Shown piece after piece: positions 38,272-47,846 of a stretch of DNA of 64,000 nucleotides. The number at the start of each line of letters is the position of its first letter. Within the stretch, counting starts at the first letter, position 1. A model generated the notes under the pieces. The model made no database searches and was not told the DNA's origin. It saw only the letters and a list, made by a program, of their open reading frames with translations. Position numbers and translations under genes: made by a program. Source of the stretch: an uncultured Alphaproteobacteria bacterium (GTDB lineage: Bacteria > Pseudomonadota > Alphaproteobacteria > HIMB59); the NCBI GenBank assembly GCA_902530745.1, contig CACABO010000003.1, positions 53,397-117,396 of the forward strand, written 5' to 3'.

Positions 38272-39315
38272 ATGAAAGCTCTAGTATTAGAAAAGCAATT
38301 AGAATTACAATTGCGTGATATTGATTTGCCAACAGAGGTAGGTCCTGATGATGTTAAAATAAAAATGCATACAGTGGGTATCTGTGGTTCAGATATTCAT
38401 TATTATGAGCATGGTAAAATCGGTCAATGGCATGTCAATGCCCCAATGGTTTTGGGCCATGAAGGATCTGGTACAATTATTGCTGTAGGAGAAAATGAAA
38501 AAATATTGAAGGTTGGTGATAGAGTTTGCATCGAACCCCAAGTGGTCAGTAAAAAATCAAAGGAATATAAATTAGGACTTTATAATTATGATCAAAAAGT
38601 TAAATTTTGGGCTACGCCTCCTATTCATGGGTGTCTAGCACCAGAAGTTGTATTTCCCGGTGATATGGTTTTCAAAATTCCTGATAATCTCTCTTATGCA
38701 GAGGGTGCTATGGTTGAGCCTTTAGCTGTTGGTATGCAAGGGGTCACCAAAGCAAAGATAAAACCAGGTCAAATAGGGTTAGTCATGGGTTGTGGCCCTA
38801 TTGGGCTAGTTACTGGCTTAGCTGCATTAGCAGGAGGTTGTTCCAAAGTTTATATTGCTGATGTATTGGCAGAAAAATTAAAAATGTGTGAACATTACCC
38901 TGATTTAATTCCTGTGGACTTAACAAAAGAGAGTTTATCTGAAAGAGTCATGGATGATACAAATGGGTGGGGTGTTGATCGCTTTTTTGAATGTAGTGGT
39001 GCGGTCAAAGCATATGAGTCAATTTTTTCATGTTGCTCACCAGGAGCCCATGTCGTACTCATAGGTAATAACGCAGAACCTGTGCCAATGAATTGGGCTA
39101 TTTTATTTTCCAAAGGATTAGAGTATCAAACCGTTCATAGATATTCACATCAATATGAGCCCTCTATTAGATTATTGGGTAGTGGAAAAATTGATGTCAA
39201 ACCAATGATCACTCATACTTTTAAGTTTGATGAGAGTGTTGAAGCTTTTGAAAGGGCCGCTGAACATAGACCAACAGATGTTAAACTTCAAATTAAAATA
39301 GACGAAGAAAATTAA
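38272..39315 (+). CDS. Zn-dependent polyol dehydrogenase (xylitol/sorbitol type), copy A
   Basis: GICGSD, LGHEGSG, FWATPP, VEPLAVG, GCGPIG, IAD. Structural-zinc cysteines are absent. Confidence 0.9.
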   Translation: MKALVLEKQLELQLRDIDLPTEVGPDDVKIKMHTVGICGSDIHYYEHGKIGQWHVNAPMVLGHEGSGTIIAVGENEKILKVGDRVCIEPQVVSKKSKEYKLGLYNYDQKVKFWATPPIHGCLAPEVVFPGDMVFKIPDNLSYAEGAMVEPLAVGMQGVTKAKIKPGQIGLVMGCGPIGLVTGLAALAGGCSKVYIADVLAEKLKMCEHYPDLIPVDLTKESLSERVMDDTNGWGVDRFFECSGAVKAYESIFSCCSPGAHVVLIGNNAEPVPMNWAILFSKGLEYQTVHRYSHQYEPSIRLLGSGKIDVKPMITHTFKFDESVEAFERAAEHRPTDVKLQIKIDEEN

Positions 39316-39321
39316 TGCAAA

Positions 39322-40086
39322 TTATCTAGTAGTGTACCCACCATCGACTACTAATACTTCGCCAGTTACGTAACTTGATGCAGGGCTGCATAAAAAAAGA
39401 GCAGCAGAGGCTATTTCATGAGGTTCTGCCATTCTAGTCATTGGTGTTTGTTTACTCCAAGTAGAATACCAATGCTCATATTTTTTTGGTAAATTTGTAA
39501 TATCAGTTTTGACATAACCAGGGGCTATTGCGTTTACTCGGATATTTTGATTAGCATAATCGCTAGCTAAGCTTTTTGTCATCATATGCACCGCAGCTTT
39601 TGAAGCATTGTAGGCTACTTGTGGTTGGGGTATGTTGGAAGCTATACCAGACATAGATCCAATATTTAAAATAACACCTTCACCTTGTTTTTTCATAGGG
39701 GGGATAGCAGAGCGACACATACGAAAAACTACGTCTACGTTAACATCCATAATCTTATCTAACATATCATCATTAAATTCATCGGTATCACCGTGCTGAG
39801 CAACACCAGCATTGTTTACAAGAATATCTACTCTTCCATGCTTTTCTAATGTGAAGTCAATAGTCTTTTGAGGAACTGAACGATCAAGCAAATCTCCTTC
39901 AAAAAAAGTAATATCATAGTTAGCTTTTGAGAGCTCTTCTATTCCACCTGTTGAATTTTCTCTATCTATTATTACTAATTTCGCACCTGCTTCACCAAGA
40001 GCGTGAGCTATAGATAAGCCTATCCCCTTTGCGCCTCCTGTAATTAGCGCAATTTTGTTATTAAGTTTAAATTTATCAAAAAACAA
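39322..40086 (-). CDS. Polyol/ketose SDR oxidoreductase, copy B (NAD-type fingerprint)
   Basis: TGGAKGIG; beta2 ends in IDR; PQPQVAYNASK. About 82% identical to copy A by hand alignment. Confidence 0.9.
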   Translation of the reverse strand: MFFDKFKLNNKIALITGGAKGIGLSIAHALGEAGAKLVIIDRENSTGGIEELSKANYDITFFEGDLLDRSVPQKTIDFTLEKHGRVDILVNNAGVAQHGDTDEFNDDMLDKIMDVNVDVVFRMCRSAIPPMKKQGEGVILNIGSMSGIASNIPQPQVAYNASKAAVHMMTKSLASDYANQNIRVNAIAPGYVKTDITNLPKKYEHWYSTWSKQTPMTRMAEPHEIASAALFLCSPASSYVTGEVLVVDGGYTTR

Positions 40087-40103
40087 TTAACCTTCCCTCT
40101 CCT

Positions 40104-41081
40104 TTATCCCTCTAAAATATGTTTCGCAGCTTCTTCATCAGTAATAAGACCAAATAAACATCCGTTCAATAAAACAGACTTAATTGCAGATGCTTTTTGA
40201 GTACCTCCAGCTATTGCTATCGTTTTCTTTTTTTTTATTAGTCTGAAGTCTTTACTCACAATTTCATCATAAACAATATGTTTCCCTTTTATGTCAAAAA
40301 AATTACCACTAGACTCTGCATGCGCTCCATCTTTTTTAATTTGGTAGAAAGTTTTTTTATCAACTAAATAAGGATGATTTTTTACTCTGTTGTATAAACT
40401 AGTACCGCCTTTCATAGAGCCAATTCCCAATAATATATAATCACATTCTTCTTCTTTTTTCAGAACATCTTTTACAAATTTCAAATTAAAAAATTTATTT
40501 TTTTCGCTTAAAGACGGAAAAATATAAGGAGCTCCTAAATGGTAACATTTGCCTTGAGTTTTTTTTGAGAGTGTATTCAAACCCAAGAGAGGGTTAAAAG
40601 ACAAATCATTTCTTAAAGAGCCAGTAGTATCGACAAAACTTACAGGTTCTCTAATTTCTGGGAGTATGTTAGCAATTTTTGAATTTGTTGAGCCAGTAGA
40701 CCATCCAAAATTTCTACATTTTTCGATATTTATTTTGTTAAGTAGAGTGTTAGCACCAGCGTAAGCAATTGATAATGGATCAGGATCAAGGGTTTCTGAC
40801 GTAGTTTCTTTACTAAATGTGCTTTCAGTTGGAACAACTTCGATATGTTTAAGGCCATATCTCCTTTTAATTGACTCCTCGTATTGCCTACAAATATCAA
40901 ACGACCCCTCTACGAAAACTTTTACTGATCCTCTTTTTTCCGCATCATTAAGAATGCGATGAACCTGAACAGTATTAATATTAAATTTTTTTGCGATATC
41001 TTTTTGTGATATTTTTTGTTTCCAATACATCCATGCAATTCTGTTAGTATATTGTTTCAGATTTTTTTCTGATCTATTCAC
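40104..41081 (-). CDS. SorC/DeoR-family sugar-binding transcriptional regulator B
   Basis: IAWMYW...QKDIA...QVHRIL HTH; GNFFD, IAGG..K, LITDEEAA. Confidence 0.88.
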   Translation of the reverse strand: MNRSEKNLKQYTNRIAWMYWKQKISQKDIAKKFNINTVQVHRILNDAEKRGSVKVFVEGSFDICRQYEESIKRRYGLKHIEVVPTESTFSKETTSETLDPDPLSIAYAGANTLLNKINIEKCRNFGWSTGSTNSKIANILPEIREPVSFVDTTGSLRNDLSFNPLLGLNTLSKKTQGKCYHLGAPYIFPSLSEKNKFFNLKFVKDVLKKEEECDYILLGIGSMKGGTSLYNRVKNHPYLVDKKTFYQIKKDGAHAESSGNFFDIKGKHIVYDEIVSKDFRLIKKKKTIAIAGGTQKASAIKSVLLNGCLFGLITDEEAAKHILEG

Positions 41082-41903
41082 TTAATTTTTTACTGCGCCT
41101 AGAGTTAAACCGGAGACTATATTTTTCTGGAGGAATATAGTCAATAATATTGGAGGGATACTTTGAATAACAGTTGCAGCTGCAACATTACCCCAAATTA
41201 TTTGTGCTTGACTTACTTGCGCAGAAATAAAAATAGGAAATGTTCTAGACTCCGATACTGTAAAAAATAATGCAATTAATAATTCATTCCAGCTAAATAT
41301 AAAAACGAATATTGCAACAGTTGCAATTCCACCTTTAGACAGCGGTATAGCAATTTTCAAAAAAATGTGGAACCAAGAAGCACCTTCAATTCTTGAAGCT
41401 TCAATTAAATCATATGGGATTTTTTTAAAAAAAGATGCTGAAACCCATACAGCAAATGGAATATTAAAAGCAGTGTAAACTATCACTAAAGCGAAAAGGG
41501 AGTCTAATAAATTCAAATATTTGAATAAAATGAATAATGGCACTGCGGCCGCAACAGGGGGCAACATCCTTGTACTTAAAATCCAATCAGCTAAAAAGAA
41601 CCTGCCTTTGAATTTGAAAAAAGTTAGACCAAATGCTGTAGGTAAAGAAAAAATGAGAGAAACAATAGTTGAGCAAATTGTTACTATAATTGAATTTAAT
41701 AAATAAGTGTAACTCTCAGATAACATAATAGTAAAGTTTTTGATATATGAGAAATCAGGTATCCATACTGGAGGTAAGGCGAACATTGCATTTTGACTCT
41801 TAAATGAACCAAATAACATCCAAAGATTAGGGGCTAAAAAAATAAGAGTAATGAAAGTAGCAATAATTAGTAAAATTGCTTTTTTTCTAATTGAGGCCTT
41901 CAT
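41082..41903 (-). CDS. Carbohydrate ABC permease (MalG-like)
   Basis: NIPFAVW, LIEASRIEGAS, FSWNE, GLTLGAVK. Confidence 0.92.
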   Translation of the reverse strand: MKASIRKKAILLIIATFITLIFLAPNLWMLFGSFKSQNAMFALPPVWIPDFSYIKNFTIMLSESYTYLLNSIIVTICSTIVSLIFSLPTAFGLTFFKFKGRFFLADWILSTRMLPPVAAAVPLFILFKYLNLLDSLFALVIVYTAFNIPFAVWVSASFFKKIPYDLIEASRIEGASWFHIFLKIAIPLSKGGIATVAIFVFIFSWNELLIALFFTVSESRTFPIFISAQVSQAQIIWGNVAAATVIQSIPPILLTIFLQKNIVSGLTLGAVKN

Positions 41904-42780
41904 TTCTCTCTACCCTTCGTAAAAGCGTTACTGCAATTGTTGTTACAATTAAACTAATAATAAGAATGATCACTGCGGATGCAGATCCTGTTCCAATTTG
42001 AAAACTTCTAAATTCAGTTCTGTAAGTAAAAAATGCCATCACTTCTGTAGCTATACCTGGACCACCTTTTGTCGTTATATATATAATGTCGAATAAGCGA
42101 ATACACTCGATTAGCCTTAGAACTACTCCTAATAATACAAAGCTCAAAATAGATGGTATTTCAATTTTTGTCATAACATGAAACCAATTCGCACCATCTA
42201 TTTTTGCAGCTTCATATTGTTCATTTGGAACAGTCATCAATCCAGCAAGTAAAAGTATCATCATAAAAGGTGTCCATTGCCATGAGTTGATTACTATAAT
42301 TGAAATCTTAGCTGGTATAGGTTCTCCTAAATAAGCGAAAGGTTCAATACCAAAAACAGTGTCTAAGATGTAACTAAAAATGCCAAGTGTTGGATTTAAA
42401 ATATATAAAAAAACTAACCCTACACAAAGTGGTGTTAACATAATAGGCATAATCGTTACTGTTCTTAAAGCATTAGAAAACTTTATGTGTCGTATCTCAA
42501 AAAAAATTTTAGCCATTATAAAACCTAAAATTATTTCAATCGTAATTGAGCTAAAAGCAATCATAAATGTATTTTTAATTGCAGTAGGGAAAGTATCATC
42601 TTCAAATAAAAGTACTTGATAGTTCTCCCATCCAATAAAGAATTTCTTATGCATCTTAGTTAACTTCGCTTGAAATAAGCTAAGATAAACTGAGTATAAA
42701 AAAGGAAAAATAGATATTACAAGCAGAAAAAGGCACGTTGGTAAAATAAATAAAATCTTTTGAATTTTTTCACTTTGCAT
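41887..42780 (-). CDS. Carbohydrate ABC permease (MalF-like)
   Basis: WQWTPF, YEAAKIDGAN, TKGGPG. Confidence 0.92.
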   Translation of the reverse strand: MQSEKIQKILFILPTCLFLLVISIFPFLYSVYLSLFQAKLTKMHKKFFIGWENYQVLLFEDDTFPTAIKNTFMIAFSSITIEIILGFIMAKIFFEIRHIKFSNALRTVTIMPIMLTPLCVGLVFLYILNPTLGIFSYILDTVFGIEPFAYLGEPIPAKISIIVINSWQWTPFMMILLLAGLMTVPNEQYEAAKIDGANWFHVMTKIEIPSILSFVLLGVVLRLIECIRLFDIIYITTKGGPGIATEVMAFFTYRTEFRSFQIGTGSASAVIILIISLIVTTIAVTLLRRVERNEGLN

Positions 42781-42813
42781 TATTTAAGTGTCTTTTGATA
42801 GTTTTAATTTAAA

Positions 42814-42842
42814 TGCTTGGGCTTTATAAAAAAGCCCAAGCA
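42814..42842 (-). terminator. Intercistronic stem-loop after binding protein B
   Basis: TGCTTGGGCTTT-N5-AAAGCCCAAGCA, perfect 12-bp stem. Confidence 0.7.
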
Positions 42843-42852
42843 ATGTTTTTAT

Positions 42853-44190
42853 TTAATCAATGTATCCTTCAGATTTAAGGAGTCTATCGATTTTTTTATT
42901 AGCGGTATCCATCGCTTCTTGAGCAGATGACTCACCTGTTAGAGCTTTATTAACCTCAATACCTAGAGTTTCAATTAACTCAAAAGTTAATGCATGTCTT
43001 GGTCTTAGTTCTTGCCAAGCTCTTAAGCTTGACTCATATAGAACTGGTGTCCATGGCTGTTCAGCATTAATTTGAGGATCATTCATTGCTGAATGTCTGC
43101 TAGGAGGAGCGCCTGCTAAAACCCACTCTCTGTGAACTTCTGGGCTTGCAAACCACTTTAGGTAATCCCAAGCAGCTTCCTTGTTTTTGGAATGTTTATT
43201 TACACAAGCAATCCAACCTCCAACTGGTGGAACTGACTCAGCTCCTGCAGCGTGAGGAAATAATGCTACTCCAAATTTTCCCTTAACTTTACTAATTTCA
43301 GGATCATTAAATAAAGGAGTTCTAACAGACCAGTTATTGATCATTGCAACTTTTCCTTGAGTAAATGCTTTAGCTCTCTCGTCCCAAGCATACTGCTCAA
43401 CACCAGGAGGCATGTAGTTTATCATCTCTTGCATCCACTCAATAAATGCTACAGACTCAGGAGAGTTATAAAGACCTCTTTGGTCTGCATAAGCATCTGG
43501 GGAGCCAGGGTAGTTACTTTCCCATGGTTTTCCACCTGCAGAGTAAATCCACTCATAGAATTGTTGTCCAGCAGCACTACCACGTGCCATATTCATAGCA
43601 TATCCACCCTCTAGATCTGGGTATTTCGGATTATCTTTGAATAATTTTGCAGCAGCTAAAACATCATCAAATGTTTTTGGAGGATCTAAACCCTCTGCTT
43701 CAAATAAATCAGTTCTATAGTGAAGCATGTGCCAATAACCACCGAATGGTAGGCATTGTTTCTTATCATCCCATATAGCTTGACCAGCAAATGAAGAGAT
43801 ATAGTCATCCCATGCAACTATTGATTGATCTGTGCCTTCAGCGGTCCAAATATCCTCAACTGGCTCGATACAATCTGCCTCAACAAATTCTCCAATCCAA
43901 ATGCCATCGACAAATAAGACGTCGTAAGATCCGTCATTTTGAGAACAAGCAACAATTTGCTTTTCGTGAAGTCCATCATATCCAAAACCTTCAACTGTAA
44001 CTGAGGCTCCAGTTACTGCTTCAAATTGTGGAGATATTTCTTTAACAGCATCAATATAGGGGTCCATAATTGACTGAACCTTTAAATTGTAGCCACTGTG
44101 ATCACCAAGTTCATCTTCCCAATTTACAGCTAATAGGCTGTTCAAAGGAAAAATTAATAGTGAAAATGTAAGTAAGATTTTCCTTAACAT
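42853..44190 (-). CDS. Carbohydrate/polyol ABC transporter substrate-binding protein B
   Basis: AGGAGGAG RBS, signal peptide, YRTDLF, GKVAM, GGW, SKNKEAAWDYLKW. Confidence 0.9.
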   Translation of the reverse strand: MLRKILLTFSLLIFPLNSLLAVNWEDELGDHSGYNLKVQSIMDPYIDAVKEISPQFEAVTGASVTVEGFGYDGLHEKQIVACSQNDGSYDVLFVDGIWIGEFVEADCIEPVEDIWTAEGTDQSIVAWDDYISSFAGQAIWDDKKQCLPFGGYWHMLHYRTDLFEAEGLDPPKTFDDVLAAAKLFKDNPKYPDLEGGYAMNMARGSAAGQQFYEWIYSAGGKPWESNYPGSPDAYADQRGLYNSPESVAFIEWMQEMINYMPPGVEQYAWDERAKAFTQGKVAMINNWSVRTPLFNDPEISKVKGKFGVALFPHAAGAESVPPVGGWIACVNKHSKNKEAAWDYLKWFASPEVHREWVLAGAPPSRHSAMNDPQINAEQPWTPVLYESSLRAWQELRPRHALTFELIETLGIEVNKALTGESSAQEAMDTANKKIDRLLKSEGYID

Positions 44191-44255
44191 AAGTCTCCTC
44201 CTATCTTTACTTTGATTAATAATTGCATAAAAAAAATTTGATTACAATAAATATT

Positions 44256-44288
44256 GGTAATTATTTACATATGTTGTAAATTATTACA
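44256..44288. promoter_or_regulatory. Tandem palindromic operator pair in the divergent promoter of module B
   Basis: GGTAATTATTTACA (44256) and TGTAAATTATTACA (44275), 19 bp apart. Confidence 0.6.
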
Positions 44289-44334
44289 TATCAGTAGTTA
44301 TAGAGGAGGATTATAATATTTTTATAAGAAATAC

Positions 44335-45366
44335 ATGAGAGCTCTTGTCTTAGAAAAAAAATTAGAACTATCTTTAAGAGATATTGATTTACCAGAAAAA
44401 GTCCAACCAAATGATGTTAAAATAAAAATGCATACAGTGGGTATTTGTGGAAGTGATGTCCACTACTATACCCATGGAAAAATTGGACCTTTTGTAGTAG
44501 ACAAACCGATGGTCTTAGGTCATGAAGGATCTGGAACAATCATAGAGATTGGTAATAAGGTAACTAATTTAAAAGTTGGCGATAGAGTTTGCATAGAACC
44601 TGGGGTTCCAGATATTAATTCAAAAGAGTATATAAAAGGTTTATATAACCTTGACCCTAAGCTTACTTTCTGGGCAACGCCTCCTGATCATGGTTGTTTA
44701 ACTCCAGAAGTAGTTTTCCCATCAAATTTTGTATTTAAACTTCCAGACAATGTTTCTTATGCAGAGGGTGCAATGATAGAACCACTTGCTGTTGGACTTC
44801 AAGCTGCTGAAAAAGCAAAAATTATTCCAGGTGAGAGTGCATTGGTTATGGGCTGTGGACCAATTGGCCTAGTGATAGCTCTAACTGCTCTTGCTGGTGG
44901 ATGTTCTAAAGTTTTTATAGCAGACATTGTAAGTAAAAAATTAGAGATGTGTAAAAATTACAATAATTTAATTCCCATAGATTTGAATAAAGATAATCCT
45001 GCAGAAATTGTAAAAAAGAATACAAACAATTGGGGAGCAAACATAATCTTTGAAGCTTCAGGAGCAACAAAAGCATACGATGTAATTTTTGACTCTATTT
45101 GTCCTGCAGGCAAAGTAGTTATCGTAGGAAATCCTATGAATTCAATACCAATGGATTTTGCGACACTACTTACTAAAGAAATTGAAATTAAAACTGTTTT
45201 TAGATATGCCCATCAATATGAAAGAGCAATAAATTTATTATCTAGCAATAAAATTGATGTTAAGCCTATGATTACAGATACAGTTGCTTTTGATGATAGT
45301 ATAAAGGCTTTCGAAAGGGCTGCCAAAAACTTACCCGAGGATGTAAAAATACAAATTCAACTATGA
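44335..45366 (+). CDS. Zn-dependent polyol dehydrogenase (xylitol/sorbitol type), copy B
   Basis: GICGSDVH, LGHEGSG, EPGVPD, FWATPP, GCGPIG, VFRY. Paralog of 38272-39315. Confidence 0.9.
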   Translation: MRALVLEKKLELSLRDIDLPEKVQPNDVKIKMHTVGICGSDVHYYTHGKIGPFVVDKPMVLGHEGSGTIIEIGNKVTNLKVGDRVCIEPGVPDINSKEYIKGLYNLDPKLTFWATPPDHGCLTPEVVFPSNFVFKLPDNVSYAEGAMIEPLAVGLQAAEKAKIIPGESALVMGCGPIGLVIALTALAGGCSKVFIADIVSKKLEMCKNYNNLIPIDLNKDNPAEIVKKNTNNWGANIIFEASGATKAYDVIFDSICPAGKVVIVGNPMNSIPMDFATLLTKEIEIKTVFRYAHQYERAINLLSSNKIDVKPMITDTVAFDDSIKAFERAAKNLPEDVKIQIQL

Positions 45367-46217
45367 ATAAAATTGGTGTACACGCGTTAACATTTATTGG
45401 AGATATAGAAAATACTAGTGTTGAAAATTGCTTGTCAAAGGCAGCAAAGATTGGCTACGACGTAATGGAATTACCCCTCCTTAACCCTGATGCTTTGGAT
45501 ACGGATTTTGTATCCAAAGCATATGAAAAATTTAATTTAGAACCAACGGTTTCACTAGGTTTAAGTTATAAAACTGATATCGCATCTGAAGACCAAGATA
45601 GAGTAAAAGCAGGAAGAGAACTATTATTTAAAGCACTTGATAAAACAATTGATGTAGGATCCTCAAATCTTTGTGGTGTGATACATTCAGCACTCCAAAA
45701 AAATGACGCCCCTAGAACAGATATAGGTTATGCAAATTCTTTATCTGTGATCAGAGATCTTGCTGAAAAAGCAAATAAAAATAATGTCACATTAAGTCTT
45801 GAAGTAGTTAATAGATACGAAACTAATATCATGAATACCGCACAAGAAGCGTTAAACTATATCAATGACCTAGGTATTTCAGATGTTAAAGTGCATCTTG
45901 ACACCTATCATATGAACATTGAAGAAAACAACTATTCAGAGCCAATCAAAAAAATTGGAAATGACAAATTAGGAATGTTTCATTTTGGTGAAAATCATAG
46001 AGGATACCTTGGAAGTGGTCATATTAACTTTGAAGAAACTTTTAAAAGCCTAAAAGATATTAATTACTCAGGAATAATTACTTTTGAGTCTTTTTCATCT
46101 GAAGTAGTTGATCCAGTTCTCTCAAATACATTAGCTGTTTGGAGAAATTTGTGGAGCGATAGTGAAGATTTAGCATCTGAAGCATTAAAATTTATTAAAA
46201 ATGGATTAGGTTCATAA
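45363..46217 (+). CDS. Ketose 3-epimerase (D-tagatose/D-psicose/L-ribulose 3-epimerase family)
   Basis: LEVVNRYE, HLDTYHMNIEE, HFGENHRGYLGSG, TFESF, LAVWR. Confidence 0.88.
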   Translation: MNKIGVHALTFIGDIENTSVENCLSKAAKIGYDVMELPLLNPDALDTDFVSKAYEKFNLEPTVSLGLSYKTDIASEDQDRVKAGRELLFKALDKTIDVGSSNLCGVIHSALQKNDAPRTDIGYANSLSVIRDLAEKANKNNVTLSLEVVNRYETNIMNTAQEALNYINDLGISDVKVHLDTYHMNIEENNYSEPIKKIGNDKLGMFHFGENHRGYLGSGHINFEETFKSLKDINYSGIITFESFSSEVVDPVLSNTLAVWRNLWSDSEDLASEALKFIKNGLGS

Positions 46218-46245
46218 TTTTCGTTATTAATATCTCAATTAATAC

Positions 46246-47844
46246 ATGAAAAATTTTGATTTTATAATTGTTGGCGGTGGTACATCAGGTACCATCACAT
46301 CAGAAAAATTAATTAGAAATGGGTATAAAGTATTAATTATTGAAGAAGGAAAAAAAAATAATAACCCTCTTTTAAGTATGCCAGCTGGATGGATACCTAT
46401 GTTAGATGGTAGTCCATATCTAAAATTTTACAAATCAATCCCTCAACCTCAACTTAATTATAGGCAACATGATATTGCACAAGCGAAAGTTCTAGGAGGT
46501 GGCTCAAGTGTGAATGGTATGGTTTACATGAGAGGAAAGCCCTCCGATTATAATAGGTGGGCTGAGGCAACTGGAGATGAAAGGTGGGGTTGGAATTCTC
46601 TTATAAATAACTACAAAGCGCTTGAAAATAATCAAAGGTTAGCTGGAGAGACACATGGTACTGATGGGCCAATAAAAGTATCTGATCCTGGTTATGTAGC
46701 TGAAGGATCAAATCTATACATTAAAACAATGCAAAAACTGGGCCTGCCTTACAACAGAGATTTTAACGATGGCAATCAATATGGAGTTGGCCTTATGCAA
46801 TATACTATAGGAGATGGCAAAAGATGTGACACAGTTTCTGCTCTAATTAACCCATTATTAAATGATAAGAATCTTGAAATAAAGCTTAATACCGTGGTCA
46901 TTAAATTGATAATAGAAAATAAAAAAGCAATTGGAGTTGAAACTATATCTAATGGGAAGTATGAAAAAATATATGCAAAAGAAATAATACTTACAGCTGG
47001 AGCACTAATTACACCAAAGATATTAATGCACTCTGGTATTGGGGATGAAAAAATATTAAATAAATTCGATATCAAGATAGAAGAAATTTTAAATGGTGTA
47101 GGAAAGAACCTTCAAGACCATCATGAGGTACCCTTTATCTCAAGGGCTAAAAAAGGATATGGTTATTTTAAACAAAACAAAGGTCTAAGAATGATTAAAA
47201 ATGGAATCCAATATCTTTTATTTAAGTCAGGACCTGTAACATCAAATGGTGTTGACTGTTGCTCTTTTTTAAACCCAGATGATTTAAAAGATCAAAATAA
47301 TCCAAAAGTAAAATTATACTGCGTACAAATTATGTATACAGATAGAGACACGAAAGGCATTAAACCTGATCATGGAGTTACACTTACTCCATGTATAATG
47401 AATCCAAAATCTCGAGGAGAGGTAACATTGAATTCTTCTAATCCATTAGATCTTCCTAGTATAAATCCAAATTTCTTAAGCAACAAAGAAGATATCGATA
47501 TTTTTATTTCAAGTCTTAGACTTGCCAGAGAAGTTATCAATACAAAACCACTATCAGATATAATTTTAGAAGAAATTCTTCCTGGAAAAAGCATTGATGA
47601 TGATGAGTCATTAGCTAATTATTGTAAAAAAATGGTTAAGACTAATTGGCATCCTGTTGGGACTTGTAAAATGGGGAGTGACAGCGATGACATGGCTGTT
47701 TTAAACTCAAAACTTCAAGTCAAAGGCATTGATAATCTTAGAGTTTTTGATGTGTCTATGATGCCTAATATTGTGGCAGCAAATACAAACGCCCCTGCTA
47801 TGGCAATAGCAGATAAAGCTACAGATATCATGTTAGAGGGTTAA
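46246..47844 (+). CDS. GMC-family FAD oxidoreductase
   Basis: VGGGTSG, LGGGSSVNGMVYMRG, VGKNLQDH, HPVGTCKMG, NTNAP. Confidence 0.92.
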   Translation: MKNFDFIIVGGGTSGTITSEKLIRNGYKVLIIEEGKKNNNPLLSMPAGWIPMLDGSPYLKFYKSIPQPQLNYRQHDIAQAKVLGGGSSVNGMVYMRGKPSDYNRWAEATGDERWGWNSLINNYKALENNQRLAGETHGTDGPIKVSDPGYVAEGSNLYIKTMQKLGLPYNRDFNDGNQYGVGLMQYTIGDGKRCDTVSALINPLLNDKNLEIKLNTVVIKLIIENKKAIGVETISNGKYEKIYAKEIILTAGALITPKILMHSGIGDEKILNKFDIKIEEILNGVGKNLQDHHEVPFISRAKKGYGYFKQNKGLRMIKNGIQYLLFKSGPVTSNGVDCCSFLNPDDLKDQNNPKVKLYCVQIMYTDRDTKGIKPDHGVTLTPCIMNPKSRGEVTLNSSNPLDLPSINPNFLSNKEDIDIFISSLRLAREVINTKPLSDIILEEILPGKSIDDDESLANYCKKMVKTNWHPVGTCKMGSDSDDMAVLNSKLQVKGIDNLRVFDVSMMPNIVAANTNAPAMAIADKATDIMLEG

Positions 47845-47846
47845 AA

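Noticed and set aside
33716-39321. Site-specific invertible element (shufflon or phase switch)
   Set aside because: There is no recombinase gene and no short dedicated inversion sites. The inverted homology is explained by paralogous SDR genes; homologous inversion is kept as a separate finding.
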